Assembly: GCA_963753785.1 (NCBI GenBank)
Contig: CAVWDL010000005.1
Coordinates: 6,969-70,968 of the forward strand
Reading direction: 5' to 3'
Length of the DNA stretch: 64,000 nt
Origin: an uncultured Candidatus Micrarchaeota archaeon
Lineage (GTDB): Archaea; Micrarchaeota; Micrarchaeia; Micrarchaeales; CABMGC01
Part shown: positions 1 through 11,046 of the stretch, piece after piece
How the letters are laid out: each line of letters opens with the position of its first letter
Position numbering within the stretch: position 1 is the first letter of the stretch
Made by a program: the position numbers and the translations under genes
Notes under the pieces: generated by a model
What the model was told of the DNA's origin: nothing
The model's input: the letters and a program-made list of their open reading frames with translations, nothing else
The model's database searches: none

Positions 1-129
1 CTCCCCGCCAAGCTGCTCCCTTATGTTCTTCTCGAGGAGGCGGATGTAGTCGTTCCTGTTCTTCCCCTTCAGCCAGAGCTCGCCGAAGTTGGCTATTATC
101 AGCTGCTCGCGGTTCTTGAACGTCATCAT
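1..129 (-). CDS. thiI: tRNA 4-thiouridine synthase ThiI, N-terminal part (runs off window)
   Basis: Manual translation from ATG at 129: MMTFKNREQLIIANFGELWLKGKNRNDYIRLLEKNIREQL, matching the ThiI N-terminal GE(I/L)xLKGxNR motif. Confidence 0.75.
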   Translation of the reverse strand, partial: MMTFKNREQLIIANFGELWLKGKNRNDYIRLLEKNIREQLGGE

Positions 130-172
130 TGGGAATCATCTCATTAAGGGGATTGGGTACGGGAAGGGACGC

Positions 173-394
173 TCAGAGATATTTCTCCAAGTCCTCCCAT
201 TTAAGACCTGTGTCTTTCAGAATCAACCCTATGATCTTGGGGTACAGCTCAAGATACAGGGGTATCGTCGTTTTGTTGCCTTGCGGGCCTTTGAAATGTG
301 CGTGACTGCCTTTCGTACCTATGTAAACGTAGCTGTAGTATTTCGTCAGTATGCGCGTCAGATCAGAACTCTTTATGGGCCGCAGTTTTCCCAT
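173..394 (-). CDS. hicA: HicA-family toxin (mRNA interferase)
   Basis: 73 aa basic protein with the HicA KGSHxxF motif, adjacent to a HicB-like gene. Confidence 0.8.
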   Translation of the reverse strand: MGKLRPIKSSDLTRILTKYYSYVYIGTKGSHAHFKGPQGNKTTIPLYLELYPKIIGLILKDTGLKWEDLEKYL

Positions 395-397
395 GCA

Positions 398-670
398 CTA
401 CGCCAGGTTCTCGATGACATTCTCCTTTACCTTCTTGACGATGCTCTTGCTGTACTCCGATTCGTGATTCAGCACATCCTCAAAAACAAGAGCCACCGCA
501 TCCTTAAGGTTCTTCTCCAGCTCCCGCAAGGTAGTTGCTTGGGTGTTTGCGTGCAGATCGCTCACTGTGCCAACGTAGTATTTGCCATCCCTGAATACTT
601 TCGCCTTGAATCCATACACCAAAATTCCCATTAGCCGCACCTTGATCGCAGTGATATTATCTGATGCCAC
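398..670 (-). CDS. hicB: HicB-family antitoxin
   Basis: YYVGTVSDLHANTQATTLRELEKNLKDAV fits the HicB partial RNase H fold pattern; lies directly upstream of hicA. Confidence 0.75.
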   Translation of the reverse strand: MASDNITAIKVRLMGILVYGFKAKVFRDGKYYVGTVSDLHANTQATTLRELEKNLKDAVALVFEDVLNHESEYSKSIVKKVKENVIENLA

Positions 671-765
671 ATATTTAAAGGTGTGGAAACCCGCCTTGAC
701 GGCTTGAGAAGAAGGTAATTCCGCACCCTAAGTCACGCAGGATGAATATTTAGAATCAGCTGTCA

Positions 766-945
766 CTACTTCTTCGCTGCGCGCTTCGCGATCTCGGCCT
801 GTTCCTTGGGCCTCTGCTTCTTGCGCTGCACGCTGTCGTACTTGTAGCATCTCTCCGAACAGTAGTACTTCGCGGCTCCGGTCTTCTTGACGTACATGAG
901 CCCGGTGCCCCTTTCTACTTCCCTAGTGCAGTATGAGCATTTCAT
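766..945 (-). CDS. rpl24e: 50S ribosomal protein L24e
   Basis: Not in the ORF track (59 aa). Manual translation MKCSYCTREVEKGTGLMYVKKTGAAKYYCSERCYKY has the CxxC...CSxxC zinc motif; it follows rpl7ae-rps28e in the usual archaeal order. Confidence 0.93.
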   Translation of the reverse strand: MKCSYCTREVERGTGLMYVKKTGAAKYYCSERCYKYDSVQRKKQRPKEQAEIAKRAAKK

Positions 946-949
946 CCAA

Positions 950-1207
950 TCACTTCACGTTTATGGGCTTGTCCTCCCTGCTCGTGTCTCCGAACCGGAG
1001 GATGTCGCCGACCTTGACCCTGCCGCTGAGGTTCCTCCTTATGACCCTCCCCTTGTCCTTGCCCTCGAGTATCTTGCACATTGCCTGGTGGATCGATCCG
1101 AACATTCCAGTCTTCATCGGCTGGACCTCGACAACCTCCGCCATGTAGCCATCGAACGGCGATTTCTGGACAACGGGTGCTGCAGCTTCTTCGGCCATGT
1201 TATTCAA
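950..1207 (-). CDS. rps28e: 30S ribosomal protein S28e
   Basis: AEVVEV...CKILEGKDKGRVIRRNLSGRVKVGDIL motif and synteny. Confidence 0.92.
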   Translation of the reverse strand: MNNMAEEAAAPVVQKSPFDGYMAEVVEVQPMKTGMFGSIHQAMCKILEGKDKGRVIRRNLSGRVKVGDILRFGDTSREDKPINVK

Positions 1208-1213
1208 CTAATA

Positions 1214-1726
1214 TTATTTAGGTGCTTCCTCCGCCTTGTGGTGCTCGTGGTGCTCATCATGATGCGCTTCGTGATGGGCCTCGTGGTGCGCCTCGTGCTT
1301 CTCGGACTTCTCCTCCTTCTCCGCCGCCTTCTCGGACTTCTCCGCCGCCGGCTTCGCGGATGCGATCCTGCCTGCCGACCAGCTCGCCGCCTCCTTCAGC
1401 TGCGCCTGTCCCTCGCCCGCCTTCTCTATGGATGCGGCTGCGCACGGGACGGTGAGCCCTACCGCCTTGCCCAAATCGAGCTTCGCGGGTATGAATACGA
1501 AAGGTATCTTCTTCTGCTCGCAGATCGTCGGTAGGTGCATCACGACTTCCTCGGGCTCAACGTCGCCGGCTATGAGTACCAGCGACGCGAGACCTCTCTC
1601 GACGCTCTTGGTAACCTCGTTCACTCCCTTCTTCACCGAGCCGCTCTGCTTTGCGAGCCTCAGCGCTTCAAGGGCCTTGTCGACTATTTCCTTTGGTACT
1701 TCGAATTTCGCGTATGCGTTTGCCAT
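1214..1726 (-). CDS. rpl7ae: 50S ribosomal protein L7Ae with His/Glu-rich C-terminal extension
   Basis: KKGVNEVTKSVERG...IAGDVEPEEVVMHLP motif, followed by about 50 extra low-complexity residues. Confidence 0.96.
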   Translation of the reverse strand: MANAYAKFEVPKEIVDKALEALRLAKQSGSVKKGVNEVTKSVERGLASLVLIAGDVEPEEVVMHLPTICEQKKIPFVFIPAKLDLGKAVGLTVPCAAASIEKAGEGQAQLKEAASWSAGRIASAKPAAEKSEKAAEKEEKSEKHEAHHEAHHEAHHDEHHEHHKAEEAPK

Positions 1727-1833
1727 ATGGACACCTCATTTCATCGGTGCAGAAATCAGCACCTAAGCGTAATACCGGATAATGTTACAGTAAATGATTA
1801 TTTACCATGAAAGGCTTTTAACTCTTCCCTTCG

Positions 1834-4034
1834 TCAGTCCAGGAAGTCCTGAGGCGTCGGAGGCTCCTCCTTCTGCCCTTTCCTCTTCCTTATCTCCCTG
1901 ACGATCTTGTCCTGGAGTTCCTTGGGCAGCTTCTCGTAGCCCGCGTACTCGAAGTACCATATCGCCCTTCCCATGCGTGGCGCTCCTCATCTCGTTGGAG
2001 AAGCCCTTTATGACCTCTGCCACAGGCATCTTCGCGATGATGGTCGCCTGCTCGCTCTCCTGCTGTATCTCGCGTATCTGGCCCCTCTTTCCCTGAAGGA
2101 ACGTGATTATGTCGGACATGTACTCCTGAGGTATGTTAACCGTGAAGTTCTGCTTTGGCTCGAGAAGGATGCACGCCCGCCAGTGAGCATTCCCGCGTAT
2201 ATCGGCCTTCTCATCGCGGGTATTATCTGCGCCGGGCCCCTGTGCACAGGGTCCTCGTGTATCGTCGCGTCTGTTATGAGCACCTTTATGCCGTAGCACT
2301 TCTCCCTTGCGAGCGGGCCGTCCTTCATCGCCTCGTCGAATGCCTCTATGAGCAGCTCCATGACCTCGTTGAGGTACTGGACTCCGTTTGTTGCGTCTAT
2401 CAGCATGCTGCTGTTCCAAATGTCCACGACGCCCTTCGCCTCGTCCCTTGGCATTCCCGCCTTGACGAACTCCTCTATGTGCTGTCTTTCCCTTCGGCTT
2501 GCCCTCCTTTATCGTGCCGTTGTCGAGCAGCTCGACGACCGCCGGGCTCGAGCGGCGTCACGTTACATAGAACTTGGTGTGCCTGTTCGGGCTCTTTCCC
2601 TCGATGTCCTTCGCCGTGTTCTCGATGGTCTCCTTGTAGACGACTATCGGCTCGCTGGTGATTATCGGTATCTTGAACTCGTCCCTGAGCTTGGTCTCTA
2701 TGATCTCCAGGTGCAGCTCTCCCATTCCGCTGACCAGGTGCTCTCCGGTCTCCTGGTTGATCTCGACGACTATGGTCGGGTCTGCCTTCGAGAGCTCCCT
2801 GAGCGCCTCTATGAGCTTAGTCGTGTCCTTCGTCTCCTTGGCCTCTATCGCCTTTGTGACGACGGGCTTTGAATAGTGCTTTATCTGCTCGAACGGCATC
2901 TATGTTGTTCTCGCTGAGCGTGTCTCCTACGCGACGGGTCCTTCGAGCCCGACGATCGCCGCGATGTTGCCCGCGGATATCTCCTCTATCATGCACCCTG
3001 TCAGGGCCCATGTATAGGCCGACCTGCTGTATCTTCTGGGGTCGTTTTTCCCGACATGTAGACCTCGGTGCCCTTCCTCATCACTCCGGAGAAGACCCTT
3101 CGCAGTTGCGACCTCCCCGCCGTGCGGGTCGTAAGTGTACGCCGAACATCACCATGTTCACCTTCGCCTTCTCGTCGACAGTCATCATCGCCTTGCCGTC
3201 CGCGGCTGTTGAGGTCGCCGTGCCACAGGTGCGGTATCCTGTAGGCCTGCGCCTCCCTGGGGTCGGAAGGTGCTCTATCATCATCGGTAGCGTCGCCTCG
3301 TCTATCGGCGCGACCTCCTGCAGCTTCTCGTCGTTCTTGCCTCAGTCAGGTCGAATATGTCCTTGAACGTGACCTTGTACTTCTCCATTATCCTCTTGGA
3401 GATCGCCCACTTCTTGTACGCGGATCCGAAGCAGACGCTCCCGTCCTCGACGCTGACCTGCCACTTGCCCTGCGAACTCCTCAGGAGCGAAGTCGTTATG
3501 AGCTTGTTCATGTCGTTTATCAGCTTGAGCAGCCTCTCGAAGGTCTGCTCCTGCGTGAGCTTCAGCTCGTTGAGAAGCCTGTCGACCTTGTTTACGAAAA
3601 GGACGGGCTTCGCCTTCTCCTTGAGCGCCTGCCTGACGCACGGTCTCGGTCTGCGGCATTATCCCCTCTACGGGATCGACCACCAGCACCACTCCGTCGA
3701 CGGCCCTCATCGACCTCGTGACGTGTCCTCCGAAGTCGACGTGGCCCGGGGTGTCTATCAGGTTGATTATGTAGTCGTGGTTCTTGTACTCGAACGCGAG
3801 CGAGATGTTCGCCGACTTTATCGTCATCCTCCTGTCCTTCTCTATCGCCTCGTAGTTGGTGTAGAGCGCCTCTCCTGCCACTGACTTCGATATTATTCCT
3901 GCCTTTGCGAGCAGCGAGTCGGTGAGGGTGGTCTTTCCGTGGTGCACGTGCGCGATTATCGCGACGTTCCTTATGTGCTTGACGTCGCTCATTATCTTTG
4001 CGACTTCATCAGCGACGAATTCCTTCCTTACCAT
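1834..4034 (-). CDS. fusA: Translation elongation factor EF-2 (several frameshifts, probably sequencing errors)
   Basis: Consecutive fragments in different frames carry [28 protein letters not shown] and the diphthamide loop [11 protein letters not shown]. Confidence 0.95.
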
Positions 4035-4042
4035 GTCACTCA

Positions 4043-4824
4043 CTACCTTGCGCTCCTTGCTATCCTCTCGAGTTCGACCTTCTTCTTTATCGCGTAGCTG
4101 TTCGAGTCCTTGGCTGCTGCGAGTATGATCTCGTCGGCGAGCGCGTCGGCGAGGCTCTTCTTGTTCTTGAAAGCGCTAATCAGCGAGGCGAGCGCCACGT
4201 TCCTGAGCGCGACGTCGAGCCTGCTCTGCGCGCTTATTCCGACAGCGACGTTGTAGTTTATGCCTCCGTACCTGATCCTTGTGGTGTCCTCTATCGGCGC
4301 GGCGTTCTCGAGCGCGTTCACAAGTACCTGCACCGGATTCTTGCCCGTCTTCTTGTTGATTATCTCGAAAGCGTCCTCGAGTATGTGCATGACCTTGAGC
4401 TTCTTTCCCTGCAGCGCGCCCTTCGTCCTTATGACCTTGCCTCCTATCTTCTGCCCGGTGCCTCCCCTCATCAGCTTGTTGATGAGCCTCTCTACCATGT
4501 TGACGTGGGACGCGTAGTAGACGCGGTTCTTCCTCCTTCCGAAGATGTTCGGGAACGCCTTGGTGTGAGCGTTATGTAGTTCGCGAGGCTCGGGTCGTCG
4601 ACTGCGACGTCCTTCATGCTGTACTTTCCGAAGAGGAGCGGCTCCGTGACTGCGATGTCGTCCTTCTTCGCGCCTTCTTTGACGGCCGCTTTCTTCTCCT
4701 TCTTCTCAGACTTCGACTTCGTCGGTGCACTGCCTGCACTTCTGCCGCAGCCGCGAAATCCGCGGGCTGAGGCACTTCGTCTTTTCCTCCTTGACCTCTA
4801 GTTTGTTCTCTTCTTGCAAGATCA
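4043..4824 (-). CDS. rps7: 30S ribosomal protein S7 with charged N-terminal extension (frameshifted; start approximate)
   Basis: VERLINKLM...[15 protein letters not shown]...LERIARSAR in the tracked ORF; an upstream frame gives [22 protein letters not shown]. Confidence 0.9.
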
Positions 4825-5252
4825 CTACCTCTTTGGCTTCTCGACTTTGCCCTTTACTATCTGGTAAAGGTCAGCGCCGTTAATCGCTATGACTCTGTAC
4901 TTGATTCCAGGAATGCATCCCATCTGTCCTCTCTGGGATCCTCCCAGTCCCTGTATCGTGACCTCGTCGTGCTCCTCTATGAAGTTTATCGATCCGTCTC
5001 CGGGAACGTACGCTCCGACGACTTTCCCGTTCTTTATGAGCTGCACTCCCACGCACTTGATGAGCCCGCAGTGGGGCTGCTTCTGCTGGAGCGGGAACTT
5101 CTGAGGACGAGCGCCTTCGCCATCGGGACGCATCCCACGGCGTCGTACTTCTGCTTGAGCTTGAAGTGCTGCCTCTTCCATGACTTCTTGTGCAGCCTCT
5201 CTCTCTTCCTCTTCTTTATCATCTTAAGTGCTGCGAATTCTCCCTTTGCCAT
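4825..5252 (-). CDS. rps12: 30S ribosomal protein S12 (one frameshift)
   Basis: MAKGEFAA... joined to KQPHCGLIKCVGVQLIKNGK...PGDGSINFIEEHDEV. Confidence 0.93.
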
Positions 5253-5258
5253 ACATCA

Positions 5259-5557
5259 TCAATAATTTTCGTTAAGTATCTTGGATTCTCCCGCCTCTAT
5301 GACGGCGAGGCTGTTCACCGAGAAGGGCTTTCCGCACACTGTGCCGAGCTCTATGGAGCTGCCCTCGAAGTTCATGACCTTCACGCCTGCGACGTTGCAG
5401 AGGTGGACCATGTCGGCGTTGCCGCCGGCTTTCCCTTCGAGCTTATAATCACTATCTTCGCCTTGTTGCCGCTAACAGCACGCTTCGTCTCCTCGGTGCC
5501 GAGGACAACGCTTCCAGTATCAACAGCAAGCCTAAGGTCCTTGTTAAAATCTGCCAT
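5259..5557 (-). CDS. rpl30e: 50S ribosomal protein L30e (one frameshift)
   Basis: Manual translation MADFNKDLRLAVDTGSVVLG...FEGSSIELGTVCGKPFSVNSLAVIEAGESKIL; the 299 nt span implies one missing base. Confidence 0.9.
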
Positions 5558-5737
5558 GCTAACCTCTAAAATAGCGCCTTTCAGTTAAGAAAGAAAACGC
5601 GATAATATATTGCTGTTCTAAAAGTATTTAAAGGTTAAGGAGTCGCGGTGCGGCTATAGGAAATAGAGGAATAGGCGGAAGATAAGGAAGGAACGGATCA
5701 GATTCTGAGTTGGAGACCGCATAACTCAATCCAGACC

Positions 5738-5866
5738 TTATCTTTTCTTAAAACCTACTGCAGAGGCTACATGAATTACTTTCTCTTTTCGCATCTTCTT
5801 TAATTTTCTGAGGTAAGAGGCTTTCAGCCTATGTTCAAAGACAATAACATCATATTGTTCTGCCAT
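5738..5866 (-). pseudogene. Short AT-rich ORF resembling an orphan antitoxin remnant (DUF2683-like C-terminus)
   Basis: MAEQYDVIVFEHRLKASYLRKLKKMRKEKVIHVASAVGFKKR*GLD; loosely similar to the antitoxin at 16481-16723. Family assignment is from recall only. Confidence 0.3.
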
Positions 5867-5869
5867 CGC

Positions 5870-6915
5870 TCATATCGCCTGTGATTTCAAGGAGTGAGAT
5901 CTGTTGCAGCCCGCGGGCGTCGACAGCTGCCCGCTCAGGAGCAGCTTCACGTATCCCACGACGGGTATGTCCGCTATGACGTAGCCGAGCACCTCGCTCT
6001 GGTTCGCGGGATAGTTCGCGAACTCTATGTCGAGGGCCTGGTTGTTGTCGCCCTTTGTCAGGAAGTAGTAGCTGCCGCTGACGTTGAGCACCGCGTAGAG
6101 CCTGTGTATTATGCTACCGCTGAACGCGTCCTTGCCGGTGGTCTGGTACACGACGATCGGGTTGGAGTAGTTCTCCACCAGTGTCGTGTTCAGCACGATA
6201 TGCTTGAGGTGTATAGCTCGTTGTAGGTATTGCCGCCCATCGAGAGCCTGCCCACTGAGTAGTTGTATCTTATCAGGTTCGTGCCCTGGAGCTGCGGAGT
6301 TGACGTAGCACATGTAGCTCTGGCTGGAGAGCCCCAGATAACTGCTTCTCCGAGAGGCACGGCGTGTCGTAGAGTCCAACCGCGTAGTTGCTGTTGTTGT
6401 TTAGCAGGTAAGATATCTCGGTCTTGTTGCCGTTGTAGTATGCGAAGAACGCAAGGAACTCGTCCTGTTGATTCCTGCTCTCCATCCCCTGGAACTCGCC
6501 GCTCGTGACGTTTATCACAGGGACCTGTGTGGCGGAGAGGAAGCTCTTCATGTTTGTTATGCCGTGGAGCACGACGAGGTCGCCCCTGTGGAGCGCAGGC
6601 AGCATGCTGCAGCTCGATACCGCGTCTACGGGAGCCGACGTCTGCAGTAGAAAGACCAGTATGAGCCACACGACGACAGCGGCCCCTATCGCGGTCGCTA
6701 TGTCGATATATGCTCTTCTTCGTCCCCTCGGCCTTCACGCTCGACCTGACCTCGAAGACGAGTATTATGATTATGGTGAGGAGGGCTATCGCGCCTATGA
6801 GCGCGTTGCTCGTCACGGCGTAGAGTATTATGGCGATCGCGAGCAGAGCGTAGAGGATCCACGTCAGTTTCGAATCGTCCTTCTTAACGCTTTTTTGCTT
6901 CAAGAAAACCAACAC
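5870..6915 (-). CDS. Signal peptidase I (S26, Sec11-type) with large insertion (frameshifted)
   Basis: TM segments, catalytic-Ser box SCSMLPALHRGDLVV, and IIHR and TKGDNN motifs spread over three frames. Confidence 0.8.
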
Positions 6916-6917
6916 TA

Positions 6918-9900
6918 CTATTTGCTGCTATTGCTTGATATCTCTATTCCCACCACCTTCGACTGGCCGTCCGTCTTGACCACGCCTATGGCGGCGTCCG
7001 TGTTCACTATCAGCGAGTCGTTGTGGCTCACGACTATGAACTGCGCCTCCTTCGACATCTCCTTTATCAGCTGCGAGAGCCTCTTCGAGTTCTCCTTGTC
7101 AAGGGCGCTGTCTATCTCGTCGAAGAGGTAGAGCGCGGACGGCTTGCACATGTGGATTGAGAATATGAGCACCAGCGATATCAGCGACCTCTCGCCTCCG
7201 GAGAGCGACCCGAGCCTCCTGCGGTTCTTGCCGTCCTCTATCCTTATGTCGAGGCCGCTGTCGAGGGGCGTTGCGGGATTCTCGAGCTCTATGCGCGCGG
7301 TCCCTGGGAAGATGTAATTGTAAAGCTTTCCGAAGTTCTTGTTTACGGTGTCGAAGGTTGTCGTGAACGCGCTCAGCTTCTTCGAGTCTATCTCCTCTAT
7401 CATGGAGAGCACCGCGTGCTTCTCGCCCTCGAGGGTGCTCACCTTCTCGTTTGCCTCCTCGACGCTCTTTGACTTCTCGCCGTATACCTCCGGCGCCTTG
7501 AGGTTCACGTTGCCGAGGGCGGAGACCTTCGCGTTCAGCAGGTTTACCTCCTTCTCCATGTCCTCCACGTCGTAGTCGATCATCTGTATCGCCGCGTCCC
7601 CGTACGTGCTGAGCTCGGCCGCTATGTCGTTGAGCCTTACCTCCATCTGCCCCTTCTTCACCATGACGTCCTGGATCTGCCTCGACACGCTCTCCGAATT
7701 CGAGTTCGATGCGCCCTGCTCCTTGTTCAGGACGTCGAGCTCCGAGTTCACTGACCCGAGCCTCTCGTATGATTCCTTGCTCGACTCTCCCGTCTTCTTG
7801 ACCGCGCTCTCTATCTTCTCCCTCGCCTTGCTAAGTTCCGCCTTCTTCTTGAGGTCGGATGCGACTTCCTTCTGCGTCCTCAGCACCATGTCCTTCTTCT
7901 CCTTTGCGCTCGCCGCAAGGCCCTGCACGGCGCTGCTTCAGCATCGCGTTCTCCTTGTTCGCCTCCGCGACCTTTATCTTGAGGTCGCCGAGCTCGTTTG
8001 CGAGCCTCTTGCTCTCCTCGTACTTCTCCTTGCTCATGCCCTTCCTTGAGACGTCCTGGGACTCCTGCACGGTCTTGTCGTAGACACTCTGCATCTCCTC
8101 CCTCGTCTTCGCGAGCTCGGACGAGTTGTGCTCGGACTCCTTCTTCGCGGCGGCCTCGGCCTCCCTGAGAGTGCGGAGCTCGTTCTCGTTGGCAACGAGG
8201 GCATCCTCCAGCCTCTTCCTCTGCCCGGTGTACTCCTTCAGCCTCTCGCCGGCCTTCGCCGAAGATTCGTTGAGCGAGGATGCCTGCATTCCTAGAAGCG
8301 CCGACCTCCTTCCTCGTCGAGAACAGCAGCTCGTTCGAATCTGTGATCTCCCTTGCGACCTTCGTCTTCGTCTTGTCAAGTTCGGCGAGCTTCTTGTCGA
8401 GCGACGCGAGAGGCATCGTCTTGGACCTCGACCCTCCCGAGAGTATTCCGGACCTCTCGACTGTCTCGCCGGTGATCGGTGACGTACCTGCACCTCCCGA
8501 CGCCTAGCTTCTTCGCCTCCTCGACGTCATTCACCAGGTAGGTGTTGTTGAACAGGTATGTGAAGACCCTCTCGAACTTCGGGTCGTATGTGAGCAGGTC
8601 CTTGACCGCCTGCAGTCCCTTCTCCTTCCTGTCGTCAGAGACGTTCAGCTCCTTCATGCGGTATGAACGTCGTCCTGTCCGAGGCCGTTCTTCTTGAGGT
8701 ACTGTATCATGTCGTTCGCGGTCCCGATCGCGTCCACGACGAGATAGTTGAAGTGTGATCCCGCGGCCGCCTCTATCGCCTCCGCGTACTGGCTCTCGTA
8801 GTTGCAGAGCTCCGCTGCCGTGCCGTAGAATCCGTCCTGCTTAGTGAACGCGTTCCTGAGCCTGTCGTAGGCGAAGCTGTCGCGCCCTCTCGCCATCGCC
8901 CTCTGCTGCCGAAGCTCGATCATCTCTGAGTCTATGCTCCCCTGCGTCTTCACGAGGGAGTCTATCTGCTCCTGCAGTTCCCTCTCGGCCTTGTCCAGGC
9001 TCTCCTTCCTCTCAGACGCGGCTCTGGCCCTGTCTTTCGCCTCCGCGATCGCGCCTGACTCCTCCTCGGCCCTTCCCTTTACCTCCGAGAGCTCCCTCTG
9101 CATGTTGGACCTGCCTGCCTCCAGCTGCGCGCCGCTCTCCCTCATCCTCGAGAGCATGTCCTGGAGCTCGGCCACGTTCTTCTCTATTCCCTGAAGGGCG
9201 AAGCTCAGCTCCTTCATCCTGGCTCCCGAGTTTATCTCGCTGGCCTGCTCCGACGTCTTGCTGGACTTCTCGACCTTCGCCTCGAGCTCCTGAATCTTCT
9301 CCCTGAACTGCGATATCTCCGCCTCGTTGGCGCCTATCTTCTGCTCGTTCCCCTCTATCTCCTTCTGTATGGACTCGACGAGCCTGCCCGCCTCCTCGAT
9401 GGACGCGTTGCCCGTGCCTATCCTGACCTCGAGCGCGTTTATCTCCTCCCCCATGTCGGAGAGCTTCTTGTTCGTACCGCTGAGCTCGTCTGAGCTCTCG
9501 CTGAGAAGCGTCGTTATCTTCTGCCTCTCGGAGCCCAGCTCGATTATCCTCTTCGCAGTTCTAGCGATCTTGTCCTCCAGGGCCTTCTTCTTCTCCTCGA
9601 GCTTTCCGATCTCGGCAGTGAAGCCCTCTATCGTGCCCTGCACGGAGGTCCTCCTCTTTGTGAGTATGCTGTACTTCAGCTCCTTCATCCGCTTCGACAT
9701 CTCTATGTACTTCTCCGCGGCCTCCTTCTCCTTCTCCAGCTCCTTGAGGAATCCCATCCTCCGATCAGCGTAGCCTGCGCGGTGCTTATCTTCGATCCCG
9801 ACCTTCTCGAGCTCTGACATCGCCTCCTTCTTCTTGTACTCGAACTCCTTTATGCCGGCCGCGAGGTCGAGGAGCTCCCTCCTCTCCTTCGCGTTGAGGT

Positions 9901-10331
9901 TGATCAGCCTGTTGATCTCCCCTTGCGCGATGGTGCTGGTCTCGTCAATGTGTATGTTGTACGCCTTCAGTACCTCCAGCACCTCCTGCCTCGTCATCCT
10001 CTTGCCGTTGAGCCTGTAGGCGGTCTTTCCGTCCGCCCTTACGCCCCTGACGAGCACGATCTCCTTGTCCCCGCCGAACTCGAGGCGGACGTACGCCTTT
10101 GACATGCTGCTGACCTTCTTTCCGGTGGTCGTGTTTATCAGCTGGTCGAGCCTGGGGACCCTGAGCCTCCTGAGGGAGCTCTCTCCCAGAGAGAAGAGAA
10201 GCGCGTCACCTATGTTGCTCTTTCCGCTCCCGTTCGGGCCCCACGACGCAGTTGAATCCCTTGCTGAAAAGTAGGCTGGCGTGCTTGAATGACTTGAACT
10301 TGTCCATGCTCATGGACTTCAGGTAGAGCAA
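6918..10331 (-). CDS. smc: Chromosome segregation protein SMC (frameshifted)
   Basis: N-terminal FKSF and Walker A GPxGSGKSN, coiled coils, hinge (AIEAAAG...VVD), C-terminal LSGGE and LFDEIDSALD. Confidence 0.95.
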
Positions 10332-10376
10332 ATATACACCGTGGTCGCGGGGATAATGCATGTTAAAAGGCTTAAA

Positions 10377-11046
10377 TTACTTTTGATGCGCCCTCGGGGG
10401 ATGAAGTGGCCTCCTCTTTAGAAGTATCGACACGATGTCCTCGAAGAAGACGTGCTTCTTCCTTTCCTCAACGAGATCGTATCCGAGCCCCGATGCAGAT
10501 TTCAGGAGTTCGTGAAGGTCCGCGAATGAGCTAGATATTAGTAGGATCCTGCCTCCCTTCGAAAGGTGCGGGACTGCCTGGCTCAGAAAAGCGGTTGCGA
10601 TACCTATTCCGTTCTCCCCTCCGTCCCACGCGGTCTCGTCGGAGCTGAGTCTCGGGGAGTCCTCCCTCGGAAGGTACGGAGTGTTGAACACCATCAGGCC
10701 GAAAACGGACGACTTCGGAATCTCGGAGAAGAGGTCGGTGTGCACGAACGAGCATTTCGCCATCAGCTTCCCGTTCGACTCGCAATTCCTCCTTGCGAGT
10801 GCGACCGCGCTCTCGTTCTTGTCGCAAAACACGACCTTGCCCACTTTCTTGGATTTTGCGGCGATCATTCCGAGAAGCCCCGCCCCGCATCCCATCTCAA
10901 GCACGGACAGCGATTTCTCCCTGTATGATTCGAGAAGCCGGAGAAGGTGCTCCGCGGCGAGGAAGGTGTCCTCTGCGGGTTCGTAGACGTCGGAGGATGT
11001 TTCCAGAACAAGCCCTTTATACTCCGTGGATTCACCCGGACGTCAT
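10377..11046 (-). CDS. HemK/PrmC-like SAM-dependent methyltransferase
   Basis: VYEPAEDTFL, EMGCGAG and FNTPY motifs. The likely ATG at 11046 needs removal of one base in a G run. Confidence 0.8.
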
